A stretch of 64,000 nucleotides of DNA from an uncultured Planctomycetota bacterium. GTDB lineage: Bacteria > Planctomycetota > Planctomycetia > Isosphaerales > Isosphaeraceae. Shown in pieces: positions 8,196 to 18,393 of the stretch (its first letter is position 1; every line of letters begins with the position of its first letter). The notes under the pieces were generated by a model. It searched no databases. It saw only the letters and a list, made by a program, of their open reading frames with translations, and had not been told where the DNA came from. The stretch is taken from assembly GCA_963737655.1 (NCBI GenBank), contig CAVTTN010000002.1, positions 2,880,001 to 2,944,000 on the forward strand, given 5' to 3'. Position numbers and translations under genes: made by a program.

Positions 8196-11051
8196 ATGCC
8201 ACGATTTCTACCTCGGTGGGCATTCTGCTTCCTGATCGTTTCGGTCCTGCGACCGGGCCTTGCGGTCGGTCAGTCGGGAAAGAAGGCCGGGAAGCGGCCG
8301 GCGGCTTCGGGCTCGGCTCGGCCCCGATTTGTATCGGCTGTCCCTGCCGGAGTTTGGGTCGGACAGGATGGCCAGGACCGGGTGGGGCCGACTTCGGTGC
8401 CGGGGCCGAGCGATGTCCAGGACATCCACATCCTCCTGGGCGGCCTTCCTCGCGACCGGACCATCACGTTTGCCCGGATTGCCCCGCTTGGCGGCGGCGA
8501 GTGGCTGTTCCACGGGCCTGCCGGGCCGGCGTGCGCCCTGATCGAGCGTGAGCCGGGTTCGCCCTCCGCGGACCTCTACCTGGAACCGTATCAGGAAGAG
8601 ACCGGACGGCCGTTCCTGCTCACCCTCCAGTTCGACGACGGCCAGAAGGCCGAGTTTGGGGTCGAGGGGGGAGCCGCCGACCCGAACTTGCGAATGCCGG
8701 GCGCGGCCATGGAGGCAAGCTGGGTCGGCCAGAAGGACGTGGATCGGGTCGGGACCGGCCCCTCCGTCGGCCCCGATGGCCTGATTGACGCACAAATTGG
8801 CCTGAATCGGCTTTCGAAGGGCGTCGAGATCGTGGGGGTGGAGGTGCTGGGCCCCGGCGGCTCGGAGTGGCATTCGGGGGCCAATCCGAAGGGGAAGGCG
8901 TCGGCCGAACTGGTTCGGCGGGGCGATGATCCGTCGAAAGCCGACCTGTTCCTCGAGTTCGAGCGCGACCCGGCCGGCTCGGCCCTGAAGGTCGTGGTCC
9001 ATTATGCGAACGGCAAGAGCGACGCCGCCCGGGTCGCCGCCGGTAAGGTGGACCCGAAGCGGAAGGCGCCGAAGGTGGTGGCCCCGACCGTCGTGCCGAT
9101 CCGGGTGGCGTCCCGATGGCTTGGGCAAGATGGGGATGACAAGGTGGGTCCGGGAGACGTTCACGTGATCCTGGACGGCCTGCCCCGGGTGCCGATCCTG
9201 GCCGCCGCGTTGAGCGATTCGTCCCGGGGGCTCTGGTCGGTCAAGGAGGGGGACGCCCCGTTCGACCCGGGCCCGGACGCGATCCCGATGGCCGTGCTCC
9301 GGGGGGATGATCCGGCGGTGATTTCGTTGCATTTCCCGCCATTTCGCGACGAAACCGGCGGGACGATGACCCTTCGGGCGCTCCTGGGGGACGGCCGGAC
9401 CGTGGTGGCCCAATTCCCCGGCGGCAAGGCCGACCCGGGCCTCCGGGCCTCGTCAAGTCCTGATGGCACCACGGCTTCCGCCCGGCCTGGAGACGACCTG
9501 AACGCCCTGGCCGCCCGGTTTGGGACCGTCCGGCTGGCTCGGGGGGTCTATCCGATGCCCGGGCCTCTGGTCCTGGATCGGCCGGTTCGGATCGTGGGGG
9601 AGGCGGGCGCGGTCCTGGAGTTCCGGCAGAAGGGCGGCGACCCGGAATGGTCGGCCGCGATCAAGGTCCACTCGGGGCATACCTGGCTGGAGGGGTTCGC
9701 GGTCCGATTTTCGGGGCCGATCCGCTGGAAAAGCGGCGTGGATGGCGGTCCGGCGGTCATCGGCGCGACCGATAACACCGACGGCGGCCCCCACGACCTC
9801 AAGGCCGACCTGGTCTTCCGCAAGCTCGACCTGGAATCGCCGCCCCCGGCCGGGAAGTGGGAAGAAGCCGCCCGCTTAATCCGTTTGGGTCATTCGGTTT
9901 GCGGACGGATCGAGGACAATCGGCTCCGGGGCGGATCGGTCGAGCTGGAAGGCGGCCCCTGGCGGATTTCGGGGAACCGGCATGAGGGGACGATCCCGGG
10001 GACGTTCTCCTATGCGGTGTTCTCGATCCACGGGCCCCATGACGTCGTCGTCAGCCACAACACGGCCAGGGATTCCGGCCCGTCGGGCAAGACCTGGCGG
10101 TTCCTGGTCCTGACCGGCAAGGGCTCGGACGACGTGATCGAGAAGAATACGATGGAGGGGCTTGGACCCCGCGACGGTGATACGATTTCGGACAACGCGC
10201 CGGAGATCCTGCTGACCGAGTCGTACAGCGTCCATTTCGAGGGGAAGCCGGCGGCGGTGTCGGCCGATGGGCGGGTCCTGGCGATCCCCAGTCGCCAGGG
10301 CGACCCGGTCCGCAGCGGGGACGCGGTGGCGATCCTCGGCGGGCCTCACGCCGGGGAGTGGCGGAAGGTGGCCCAGGCGATGGGCCCGACGACGTTCCTG
10401 ATGGAGACGCCCCTGCCCGCCGGGTCGGCCGACGTCCCGGTTTCGATCGCCTCGGGGTTCCTCCGCGAGACCTTCCGCGACAACCGGATCGACAGCCGGG
10501 GCGGCTCGGGTGCGGTGAATATGTACCTGTGCGGCAACCACTTCGGGCTGAAGGTGGTGGGCAACCACTTCCTCGGCGCCGGCGAGGGGTTCCGAATTAC
10601 GTCGGCGCCGACGGAGTCGCCCGTCCACTGGGGCTGGTCGCACGCCCCTCTCTTCGGCGCCCTGATCGAGAAGAACACGATCGAGGACTCCCCCCGGGGG
10701 GCGACGATCGGCGTCGAGCATTCGGCCGGGGTGAAGACGAATCGGGGGCGGGTGTATGCGTCGGTGACGGTCCGGGACAACGTGGCCCGGCATTCCGACG
10801 CCTTCCTCGCCGGGCTGAAACGGGCCGACGCGGCCCGCCCTCCGGCGATCAATTTCGGCGTGTCCGGGGCGATCGACCCGGGCGAGCTGGTGATCTCCGA
10901 GGCGGGGAATCGGGGCGAGGGGCGAGGGCCGATGTCCATCCGCGTCGCCTCGGCCAGGGTCAACGGCGCCGAGGCGAAGGACCGGACCATCCCCCTGCCC
11001 TCCGGGGCCTCGGGACAGGCCGAATCGAAGACGGCGCGGCCGAAACGCTGA
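8196..11051 (+). CDS. Secreted protein with three N-terminal WxGQ repeat domains and a C-terminal parallel beta-helix (pectin-lyase-like) region
   Basis: GGAGG before ATG 8196, signal peptide, repeats WVGQDGQDRVG / WVGQKDVDRVG / WLGQDGDDKVG, beta-helix-like ladder (IEDN, ISGN, VSHN, IEKN, VVGN, VRDN). Confidence 0.7.
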   Translation: MPRFLPRWAFCFLIVSVLRPGLAVGQSGKKAGKRPAASGSARPRFVSAVPAGVWVGQDGQDRVGPTSVPGPSDVQDIHILLGGLPRDRTITFARIAPLGGGEWLFHGPAGPACALIEREPGSPSADLYLEPYQEETGRPFLLTLQFDDGQKAEFGVEGGAADPNLRMPGAAMEASWVGQKDVDRVGTGPSVGPDGLIDAQIGLNRLSKGVEIVGVEVLGPGGSEWHSGANPKGKASAELVRRGDDPSKADLFLEFERDPAGSALKVVVHYANGKSDAARVAAGKVDPKRKAPKVVAPTVVPIRVASRWLGQDGDDKVGPGDVHVILDGLPRVPILAAALSDSSRGLWSVKEGDAPFDPGPDAIPMAVLRGDDPAVISLHFPPFRDETGGTMTLRALLGDGRTVVAQFPGGKADPGLRASSSPDGTTASARPGDDLNALAARFGTVRLARGVYPMPGPLVLDRPVRIVGEAGAVLEFRQKGGDPEWSAAIKVHSGHTWLEGFAVRFSGPIRWKSGVDGGPAVIGATDNTDGGPHDLKADLVFRKLDLESPPPAGKWEEAARLIRLGHSVCGRIEDNRLRGGSVELEGGPWRISGNRHEGTIPGTFSYAVFSIHGPHDVVVSHNTARDSGPSGKTWRFLVLTGKGSDDVIEKNTMEGLGPRDGDTISDNAPEILLTESYSVHFEGKPAAVSADGRVLAIPSRQGDPVRSGDAVAILGGPHAGEWRKVAQAMGPTTFLMETPLPAGSADVPVSIASGFLRETFRDNRIDSRGGSGAVNMYLCGNHFGLKVVGNHFLGAGEGFRITSAPTESPVHWGWSHAPLFGALIEKNTIEDSPRGATIGVEHSAGVKTNRGRVYASVTVRDNVARHSDAFLAGLKRADAARPPAINFGVSGAIDPGELVISEAGNRGEGRGPMSIRVASARVNGAEAKDRTIPLPSGASGQAESKTARPKR

Positions 11052-11554
11052 CGGACCATCATCGCCGGGAGCCCGAGAGGGGACGATCGCCGAGAGCGGA
11101 CATCGCCCCGGCCCATCCCTGATCATCGCGATCGGGACTCCCGGCGATCGTGTTTTTTTCGACAGCCGCAGATGATGCGGATTACGCAGATTGGGGAGGT
11201 TTCAATCCGCGGTTGCCGAATGTCCTTTTTCCGAATCTGTTGATGGGAACGACGCCTCCTGTGACATTCCGCTGGCGAGGAAATCGGATGTCACGGGCCG
11301 GGGCGCAGTGGCGCATTTTCCGGACGGATTTCGAGGCGGATCGCGGTCGGAATTCTGCACCCTAAGTCTTGAATTTCGCACGAGTTGCGACGTGGCATCC
11401 AGGGCCCTGCACGCGAGCCTTCCGGGCGTTTGCGCGGTTTCGTTGCGCCGGAATCCCCGAGGATTTCCGCCGATTTCGCGATTTTCGGCGCGAAAGTGTA
11501 GTCAAGTATTGTCAAGTTTCCTGGGATCGACGAATGTTTGCGTCTACCCTGGAA

Positions 11555-11628
11555 GGCATGCTTACGCCCTCGTCAGAATGGCTTCGGTCAGGCCCCGGGA
11601 GCCAGGCCGACGAGGGCGTAAGCATGCC
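11555..11628. repeat. Perfect 20-bp inverted repeat (GGCATGCT-type hairpin element)
   Basis: ggcatgcttacgccctcgtc ... gacgagggcgtaagcatgcc; related to the element at 45786-45888. Confidence 0.75.
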
Positions 11629-11768
11629 ATGCGGGGAAGATTTGGCGTCATGAGCATTCAAGTGTGGGCTTGTCAACGGTTTGAAGGCCCCCGGGATCGA
11701 GGGCTTCTAGCGTCAAGCCTTGCATCATGTTCCTGGCCGTCGTGGATCGGACCGGGAACGATGCGTGA

Positions 11769-13607
11769 TTATGAGCCGCCGAGCATCGACGAGGCCTCGC
11801 CTCGGGGGTCGTCCTCGAGGGCGTCGAGGACGAAGCCGGGGATGTCGACCTTCAATTCGTTGTTGATCTTGCCGATCAATCGGCGGTGTTCGGCGCAGAG
11901 GGCCCGGGCGTTGCGGACCAGGGTGTCGGCGTCGGCGGGCGGATGCTCGAAGAGTTGTTTCATTTTCTGATAGTTTTGCATGAACGCGAAGACCTCGGTG
12001 CGGACCTCGCCGACGAGGCGGTCGCTGTTGACCTTCGCGGCGTGGGCCGGGACCGGGCCCGCCATCACGCGGTCGAACTGGCGGAGGCGTTCCTCGAAGG
12101 AGCCGAGGTCCTCGGGCTGGCCGCGGAAGGTCAGGTCGATCCGTCCGTCGTCCTGGATCGCCTTGCGGCGGACCTCCAGGGCGAGCGAATAGGTCGCGCC
12201 GGCCATCGCCGCCCGCCGGAAGACGGCGCAGGCGCGCTGCCAGGACGGGGTATTCTGGGCGAGCAAGGGCGTGGTTTCCAGGGTGTCGATCGCGCCGGGG
12301 AGGCCGACGAGCGTATCGACATAGAACGACGGGCCTCGGGCGTTCCGGCCGACCTGGAGGACGCCGACGAGCCGGCCCGCGTCGTCGAGCACGGGCCCTC
12401 CGGCCATCGGCGGCTGGAGGGGGCCGTCGAGCCGGTAGAAGTCGGTCGCGAACGGCGAGGCGAAGAGGCCGTCGATCCGGGCGTCGCCGCCCCGGACGCC
12501 CTGCTCGGCCGACGGCCAGCCCAGGGCGTGGAGCGTCTCGCCCGGCTTGCGGGTGGCCCGGGACTCGGGGGAGACCTCGAACGGGGGGGAGTCGGTCGCG
12601 ACGATCAGCAACGCGTGATCGCGCTTGCGATCGTAGCGGATGAGCTGGACCGGCAGGGCTGCGCCCCCGGGGAAGGTGGCCCGGACGTCGTCGGGGAAGT
12701 CGAAATCGAAGGTGTGGGCGGTGGCGAGCAGGAGGTTGGGCCGGACCAGGAAGCCCGATCCGGCGTCGGTCGGCCCCCGGACGATCGCCACCGAACGGGA
12801 CGCCCTGGCCAGGATCGCGGCCGATCCGCCGCCTCCCGAGGCGTCATTGGCCTTCGCGCGGCCCATCGCGAACCGGGAGGGGCGGGGCTCGCCGGCCTTC
12901 GGAGGGGGGCCGGGCATCCCGGGAGGCAGGGGCATGGCGGGCATGTCGACCTTCTCCTCCGTGATCTCGACCTTGCCCGACTTCCTCACTTTCTTCTCGG
13001 TGCGGATGCCGTCCTTGAGGGTGGATTCGCGGCTCATGACCGGGTCGTCAGCGTCTCGCTGGGCCTCGGCCAGGGTCGGATCGGTCGGGCCGCTGAAGGT
13101 CTGGTAGCTGGAATAGGCCGCGAACAGGGCGAGCCCGGCGAGGACCACGGCGATCCCGCCCCGGACGAGCTGGCGGACGGCCTCGGGCGAGGGGCCTCGG
13201 GGCGCGGGTTTCCGGGGCCTCGGCGGCCTCAGGCCCGGCCGTTCCGGGGCGGAGGGCCGGATCGACGAGGGCGAGGGTGCCGGTCCGTCTCGGGGCGAGG
13301 TCTCGGCCTGGGCGTCTTTCCAGGGTCTCGACCGGGGCAAGGGGTCGGGCCGATCGGCGGGGGGGCCGACGGGCGGAGCGGGAAGGGTCGTCGCCGGTTC
13401 GAGCTCGAAGGGCTCGTCGAGGTCGTCGTCGAACAGGGCGATCGGCGGGGCGGCGGCCATCGGGAGCGGGTGGCTCGGCTCGTCGAGCGAGGGCGAGAGC
13501 AGCCGATAGCGGGCCCGGCAGGCCGGGCAATTGATGAACTTGCCCAGGGCCTGGGCGGGGACCTTGCCGGTCCGTCCGCAGGAGAGGCATGCCACGGGGA
13601 TCGTCAT
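11769..13607 (-). CDS. Membrane-anchored trypsin-like (S1) domain protein with N-terminal zinc ribbon; catalytic Ser apparently absent
   Basis: CLSC...CPAC, Pro-rich linker, TM helix, GSGFLV...TAH, DHALL, and PPMAGGPVLD where GNSGGP is expected. Confidence 0.75.
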   Translation of the reverse strand: MTIPVACLSCGRTGKVPAQALGKFINCPACRARYRLLSPSLDEPSHPLPMAAAPPIALFDDDLDEPFELEPATTLPAPPVGPPADRPDPLPRSRPWKDAQAETSPRDGPAPSPSSIRPSAPERPGLRPPRPRKPAPRGPSPEAVRQLVRGGIAVVLAGLALFAAYSSYQTFSGPTDPTLAEAQRDADDPVMSRESTLKDGIRTEKKVRKSGKVEITEEKVDMPAMPLPPGMPGPPPKAGEPRPSRFAMGRAKANDASGGGGSAAILARASRSVAIVRGPTDAGSGFLVRPNLLLATAHTFDFDFPDDVRATFPGGAALPVQLIRYDRKRDHALLIVATDSPPFEVSPESRATRKPGETLHALGWPSAEQGVRGGDARIDGLFASPFATDFYRLDGPLQPPMAGGPVLDDAGRLVGVLQVGRNARGPSFYVDTLVGLPGAIDTLETTPLLAQNTPSWQRACAVFRRAAMAGATYSLALEVRRKAIQDDGRIDLTFRGQPEDLGSFEERLRQFDRVMAGPVPAHAAKVNSDRLVGEVRTEVFAFMQNYQKMKQLFEHPPADADTLVRNARALCAEHRRLIGKINNELKVDIPGFVLDALEDDPRGEASSMLGGS

Positions 13608-13805
13608 GGACCGCTCGTCGGGGGGATGGCGAGGAGACCGACCCGTTCGGTGCCAGTCTAGCGAACGGTCCCCGATCGATCAACGTGGCCATGGCTTGAT
13701 CGTCGCGCCTGTCCCCCTTAAGATCCGTCCCGATCGGGCGAAAGGGCGCCGGGCCGCGATCGCCCTCGGCCGACCCATTCGCCGGTCCGGGACGGAGGGC
13801 GCGGG

Positions 13806-14426
13806 ATGACGACCAGGGCGAGCGTTCGAGCGGCGATCCTGGCCGCCTCGTGGATGGGGATGGGCCTCGGGGCGTCGGCGCTCGGGCAGGAGAAGGTGGA
13901 CCTTCGGACCAAGGCGGGCGTGGAGCGGGTGCAGGGCCAGTGGCGATATCATGACGTGAAGATCGTGGAGATCGAGGAGATCAGCCAGCCTCCGGAACGG
14001 GAGAAGCTGCGGACGTACTCGATCGAGCCGAAGGCCGGCGCCGCCGACTTCGACGACAAGGACTGGGAGGTCCTCGACCCGACGACCCTGGGCCGGCACC
14101 GGGCGGGGGGGCGCCTGTGCTTCAACTGGTATCGGATCCGGGTCACGCTCCCGCCGGAGAGCGAGGGCAAGGCGGTCCATTTCGTGACCACGGTGGACGA
14201 CTACGGGGAGGTCTGGGTCGACGGGAAGCTCGACTACAAGGTGGGCACCAGCGGGGGCGCGGTGGTGGCCGGATTCAACGTGCCCAACCGCGTGGAGCTG
14301 AGGGACGCGAAGCCCGGCAAGGCCTACTCGCTGGCGGTCTTCGGGATCAACGGGCCGATCTCGGCGTCGCCGTCGAATCGGATCTTTCTCAAAGACACAT
14401 ATCTGGAATTCAGCGAGAAGAAATGA
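13806..14426 (+). CDS. Secreted hypothetical protein, galactose-binding-like (GH2 sugar-binding-like) domain
   Basis: Signal peptide, FDDKDW, WYRIRVTLP, VDDYGEVWVDG pattern. Confidence 0.65.
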   Translation: MTTRASVRAAILAASWMGMGLGASALGQEKVDLRTKAGVERVQGQWRYHDVKIVEIEEISQPPEREKLRTYSIEPKAGAADFDDKDWEVLDPTTLGRHRAGGRLCFNWYRIRVTLPPESEGKAVHFVTTVDDYGEVWVDGKLDYKVGTSGGAVVAGFNVPNRVELRDAKPGKAYSLAVFGINGPISASPSNRIFLKDTYLEFSEKK

Positions 14427-14544
14427 GGCCCGGGTGCGATTCGTCTTGCCGGGGCCGGGCGGATCGCTTAGACTTTGGACTCGCAATATCCGCAGCGTCA
14501 AGGCGTTGCGCGGCAGCCGTCCCGATCTCCCTTGGGGTGAAGCC

Positions 14545-14871
14545 ATGCTCATCCAGGACCCCGCCAAAGCGGTCCGCGTGATCGAGAGCGACGACGACCT
14601 GGCCGAGACCCGGCTGGAGGCGCTCGGGTTCCTCTTCCACGGGCATTTGCCCCAGCCCGACGCCAAGCGTCCGGCCCGGACGGCGACTAATACCCTGCAC
14701 TTCGCCCGCTGCGCCAAGCTCGAGAAGATCGGCGACACGGAGAGCAAGGTCTGGTTCCGGACGATCGGCGCGGCGAAGACGTACCTCGACGCCCAGGTCG
14801 GCGCGGGTCGGTGGAAGTGGTGCAAGGTCTGCGAGCGGGAGATCACCCAGAAGATCCTGAACGAGCAGTGA
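14545..14871 (+). CDS. Small hypothetical protein with H-x3-C...CxxC putative metal site
   Basis: Typical codon usage; LHFARC and WKWCKVC. Confidence 0.65.
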   Translation: MLIQDPAKAVRVIESDDDLAETRLEALGFLFHGHLPQPDAKRPARTATNTLHFARCAKLEKIGDTESKVWFRTIGAAKTYLDAQVGAGRWKWCKVCEREITQKILNEQ

Positions 14872-14907
14872 GCGGAGCGACGGCGCCTTGAGGGTGGAGG
14901 GGTCGGG

Positions 14908-17311
14908 TCAGCCCGGCCCTTCTCGCCGCATCCTCCGGCGTTCGAGCCGCTGGGCCCGCCGTTCCTCGGCCGACGGGGGCGGCGGCGCGTTGGGGTCTTT
15001 CGGGCGGGTCAGGCGGAAGAGGAGTTCGGCGGCCCCTCGGACCGCCCCGCGTTCCAGGACGCCCTTGCCCGCCTCCGCCAGGCCCTTGCGGAACGCCTCG
15101 CGGTCGAGCTTCGGCCGGTCCAGGGTCCCCCCGATCGGCACCGTCAGCCGGGTCCCCGCCATCACGTCGCCCACGATCCCGCCCCCGGGAAACATCTCGG
15201 GCGTCAGGGGCACCGACGCGCGGAGGTCCAGGCTGCGATCCAGCCCCACCGAGCCGTCGAACTCGACCTTCGCCACCTTCCCGACGGGCAGGTACAGCCC
15301 CCGATGCGTGACCTTGCCGTCGGCGATCGCCAGGACGACGGGCTGATCGAGCCGCAACGTCCCCTCCTCCCGACCCATCAGCCCGAGGACCTCGGCCCCC
15401 AGCGGGCCCGGGGAGAATACCACGTCCTGGAACACCACGCGGCCCTCGACGACCGCCGTCTTCGCCGCGTCGGGACCGAGGGGGAACTCGCCGCGATCGA
15501 GCCGGGCCGAGACCCGCCCGCTGACCTCCGTGGCCCGGTCCAGGACCGGGCTGACGAACGCCAGGACGCGATGGGCCGACTCCTCGTTCACCTCGGCGTC
15601 GGTCAGGGACGCGCCCGGGCGGACCTTCAGCACCCGGCCGCTGGGTCCGTCGACGACCTCGGGCGTGAATTTCAGGGCGCCGCCGTTGAGCGTCGTCTCG
15701 ATCGGCTCGAACGCGATCGCCCCGCCCTTTCCCGAGGCGGCAACCTTCGCCGGGCCGAGCCTCAGGCCCGCTTTCTCGGCGGACTGGAGCGAGAGCGTCC
15801 CCCGCCACGACCCGGCCGAGATTGAGCCTTCGATCGAGACCGAAGACGCCCGCAAGGCGTCCGATTCCGGGCCGATCGCGATCGATTCGAAGGCCGACGA
15901 CACCGTGGCCGACAGCGACGCATCCCGGCGGCGAAGCTCGGCCGAGAACGTGCCCCGGCCGGCGATCTCGGCGTCTCCCAGGTCGAAGAACGGGCCGAAT
16001 TGCCGCTTCATTCCGGAGAGGTCCAGCGTCCCCGCCAGGCGAATCCCGTCCTCGAGCGTCCCTCGGCCTTCGGCGTCGAGAAATCCGGTCTTCGCGTGAA
16101 CGGCCTCGACCACCAGGCGGCCGTGGTCCTCGCGGAGGTGGGAGGAAAGCTCGGCCGGCCCGTCCAGCGCGACGGTTCGGCCGTCGATCGTCCCGGAAAG
16201 CTCGGTGATCTTCGCCGAGGCCGCCCACCGGCCGGCGTCTTCGGTGATCGCGACCTCGGCCCGGCCGCGATCCAGGGCCATTCCCTTGCGGAGGGCCAGC
16301 GAACGAGGGAGCCGGGCCGCGATCGCGGCGAGGTCGAGCGCCGACGACCCGGCTCGGGCCGCCCGATCGCGACGGGATCGGGCCGGTCGCCGCGAGCGAC
16401 CCCAGGGGCGACTTCAGGTCGAGCCTTTCGAGCGACCAGCCCTTGTTGCCTTGCCGAACCTCCCACGACAGCCGATCGGGCTCGATCGGCAGGAGGTCGC
16501 CCGCCAGAGACGGCCCTCCGACGACGATCGAGGAGTTCGCGTCCTCCCCCGAAATCGCCCAGAATCCCGCCGATCGGCGGGCGTCGATCGTCCCGGACCA
16601 GCGCCCTCGGACGTCGATCCCGCCCGAGCTTCGCTCGATGGGCCATCGCCGGGCCGAGACGACGAGGGCGACGTCCCCCTCCTTCCAGCGGTCGAACGTG
16701 CCGTCGAGGGCCACCGTCTCGTCGGCCTTCCGGGCGAGATGGGCCGTCCAGGAGACCTTGCCGGGCCGGGGGGGGCGGCGGACGTCCAGGTCGAATCGCG
16801 GGGCCTCGATGGGCCGGGGGATGCCGGCCCCTCGGATCCTCAGCGACCCATCGGCGACCTCGACGGCGAAATCGGTCTCCGGAGGGCCGTTCAGGACCGG
16901 CTTGAGCGTCTCGTACAGGTCGATCGAGCCGTCGGGCAGGCGTTCCACGTCCAGGGTCGCGCCTCGGAGCCGGAACGTGCCGAGCCGGGGGCGGTCGAAG
17001 AGGATCCGGCCGAGGTTGCGGTCCCACTCCGCCCGAGGCGCGGAGACGACCGGCTCCCCCCGGGCGTCGATCAGGGCGAACCCTTCCAGGACCGTCGGAC
17101 CGAACCAGGAGAAATGGAACCGGGCGACTTCCAGCTTGCTCGGGGCCAGCGCCGCGTTGGCCCGGGAAAGCAGCCATCGCCGGGCCGGGGCGGTGCCCAG
17201 AAGCGTCGGCAGGGCGGCGACGAGCAAGCCGAGGGCGAGGACCGCCCCGACCAGCAGCCTTCGCCACAACCTTCGGCGGCCTCGGGGCCTGGGCGCGTCG
17301 TCGGCGATCAT
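14908..17311 (-). CDS. AsmA-like membrane-anchored beta-rich protein; apparent frameshift near 16340
   Basis: N-terminal TM then FSWFGP; C-terminal FDGSVGLDRSLDL...VPIGGTLDRPKLD. The two halves are in different frames and join at SRVVG/ALDLAAI. Confidence 0.7.
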
Positions 17312-17463
17312 CCGGGTTGGCTCCTGGCCAAAAAGGAAACGCGGGCCGGCGGAGGCCGATCGGGGCGTCCGGGCCGCCGATCTCACCCCATCCGAGCAAC
17401 TTCGGGACCGCACCCATCCTTCGTCGCGGGGCGGCCCCGGGTTCGCCCCGGGGCGCTCGGCGC

Positions 17464-17922
17464 TCAGCGGATCGGGAACTTCGACAGGGCGTGGCTGGCC
17501 TGGATCAGCTTGAACGCCGGATTCGTGACGGCGTTGATCCCCGAAATCGCCGCGCCCAGGGCGTTCAGGTGATCGGAGAGCTCGGAGAGCCGCCACGCCA
17601 CCTCGGAATAGCCGCCCGTGACCATGTTGAATAAGGTATTCATGTCGATCGGATTCAGGAAGCCCGACGTGCCCAGATAGCGGAGGCCCGAGGGCGGCGC
17701 GACCGAGGGGCCGAGCGCCTGGCCCGCCGGGGCCTGGGTGTTGTGCGCGACGGCCGCCGCCAGCGAACGGATCGCGTCGAGCTGGGCGTCGATCTCGACG
17801 ATCCGCCTCGCGAGGTCGTAGGCCAGGAAGTTGACGTTGTTCCCCACGGCGTCGATCGAGCAGGGGTTGAGCACCCCGGAATCGTTCAGCCGGCCCGGCA
17901 CCGACGGCGGACTCATGGACAT
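17464..17922 (-). CDS. Hypothetical protein with two internal ~40-aa repeats
   Basis: Purine-rich RBS; repeats L.xSG.LNP...A.R(I/L).E(I/L)...L(D/N)A. Confidence 0.7.
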   Translation of the reverse strand: MSMSPPSVPGRLNDSGVLNPCSIDAVGNNVNFLAYDLARRIVEIDAQLDAIRSLAAAVAHNTQAPAGQALGPSVAPPSGLRYLGTSGFLNPIDMNTLFNMVTGGYSEVAWRLSELSDHLNALGAAISGINAVTNPAFKLIQASHALSKFPIR

Positions 17923-18393
17923 CGGCGTCCCCCTTCCCGATCGACCCGATCGGCGGCGCCGATCGTTTTGGCGACTCGCCCCGGGGCGGCCTCCACCTTA
18001 CTCATCGCGGGACGACCCGGACAAGGGGACGCCGTCTCGGCCCCCGGGCCGATCGTCTCGTCCGGCCCCCTCGCCCTCCCGGTGGTCGTGTCCAGGGTCG
18101 TCGGCACAAATCGTTGGACGCGGGCAAATCGGCCCGAATTCCGCGGTCCTCCTGATGCGAATTGTCACCACGGAAAAGTCAATTCGTGGCATGTTACGGT
18201 TTTTCATTGCCGAGACGTATCCCTCGACTCAGAATCACCGACCGCGTGAAACCATGATGCCAGGGCCGATCGGGCGCAAGCAATTTCCGAGGAAGACGCG
18301 ACGACCCGACCGGGGCTTGCGGAACGAGCCCGAGGAACGAGGCACCTTCATCTCTGTCTGGAGAATGCACCCGTGAGAAATCCGAACAGGTCG

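Noticed and set aside
7966..11768. tRNA-anchored genomic island or prophage
   Set aside because: No integrase, no duplicated tRNA 3' end in the window, and an intact terminator follows the tRNA.
18187..18210. Sigma54 promoter for the PEP-CTERM gene (TGGCA...TTGC)
   Set aside because: Spacing is far longer than the strict -24/-12 geometry.
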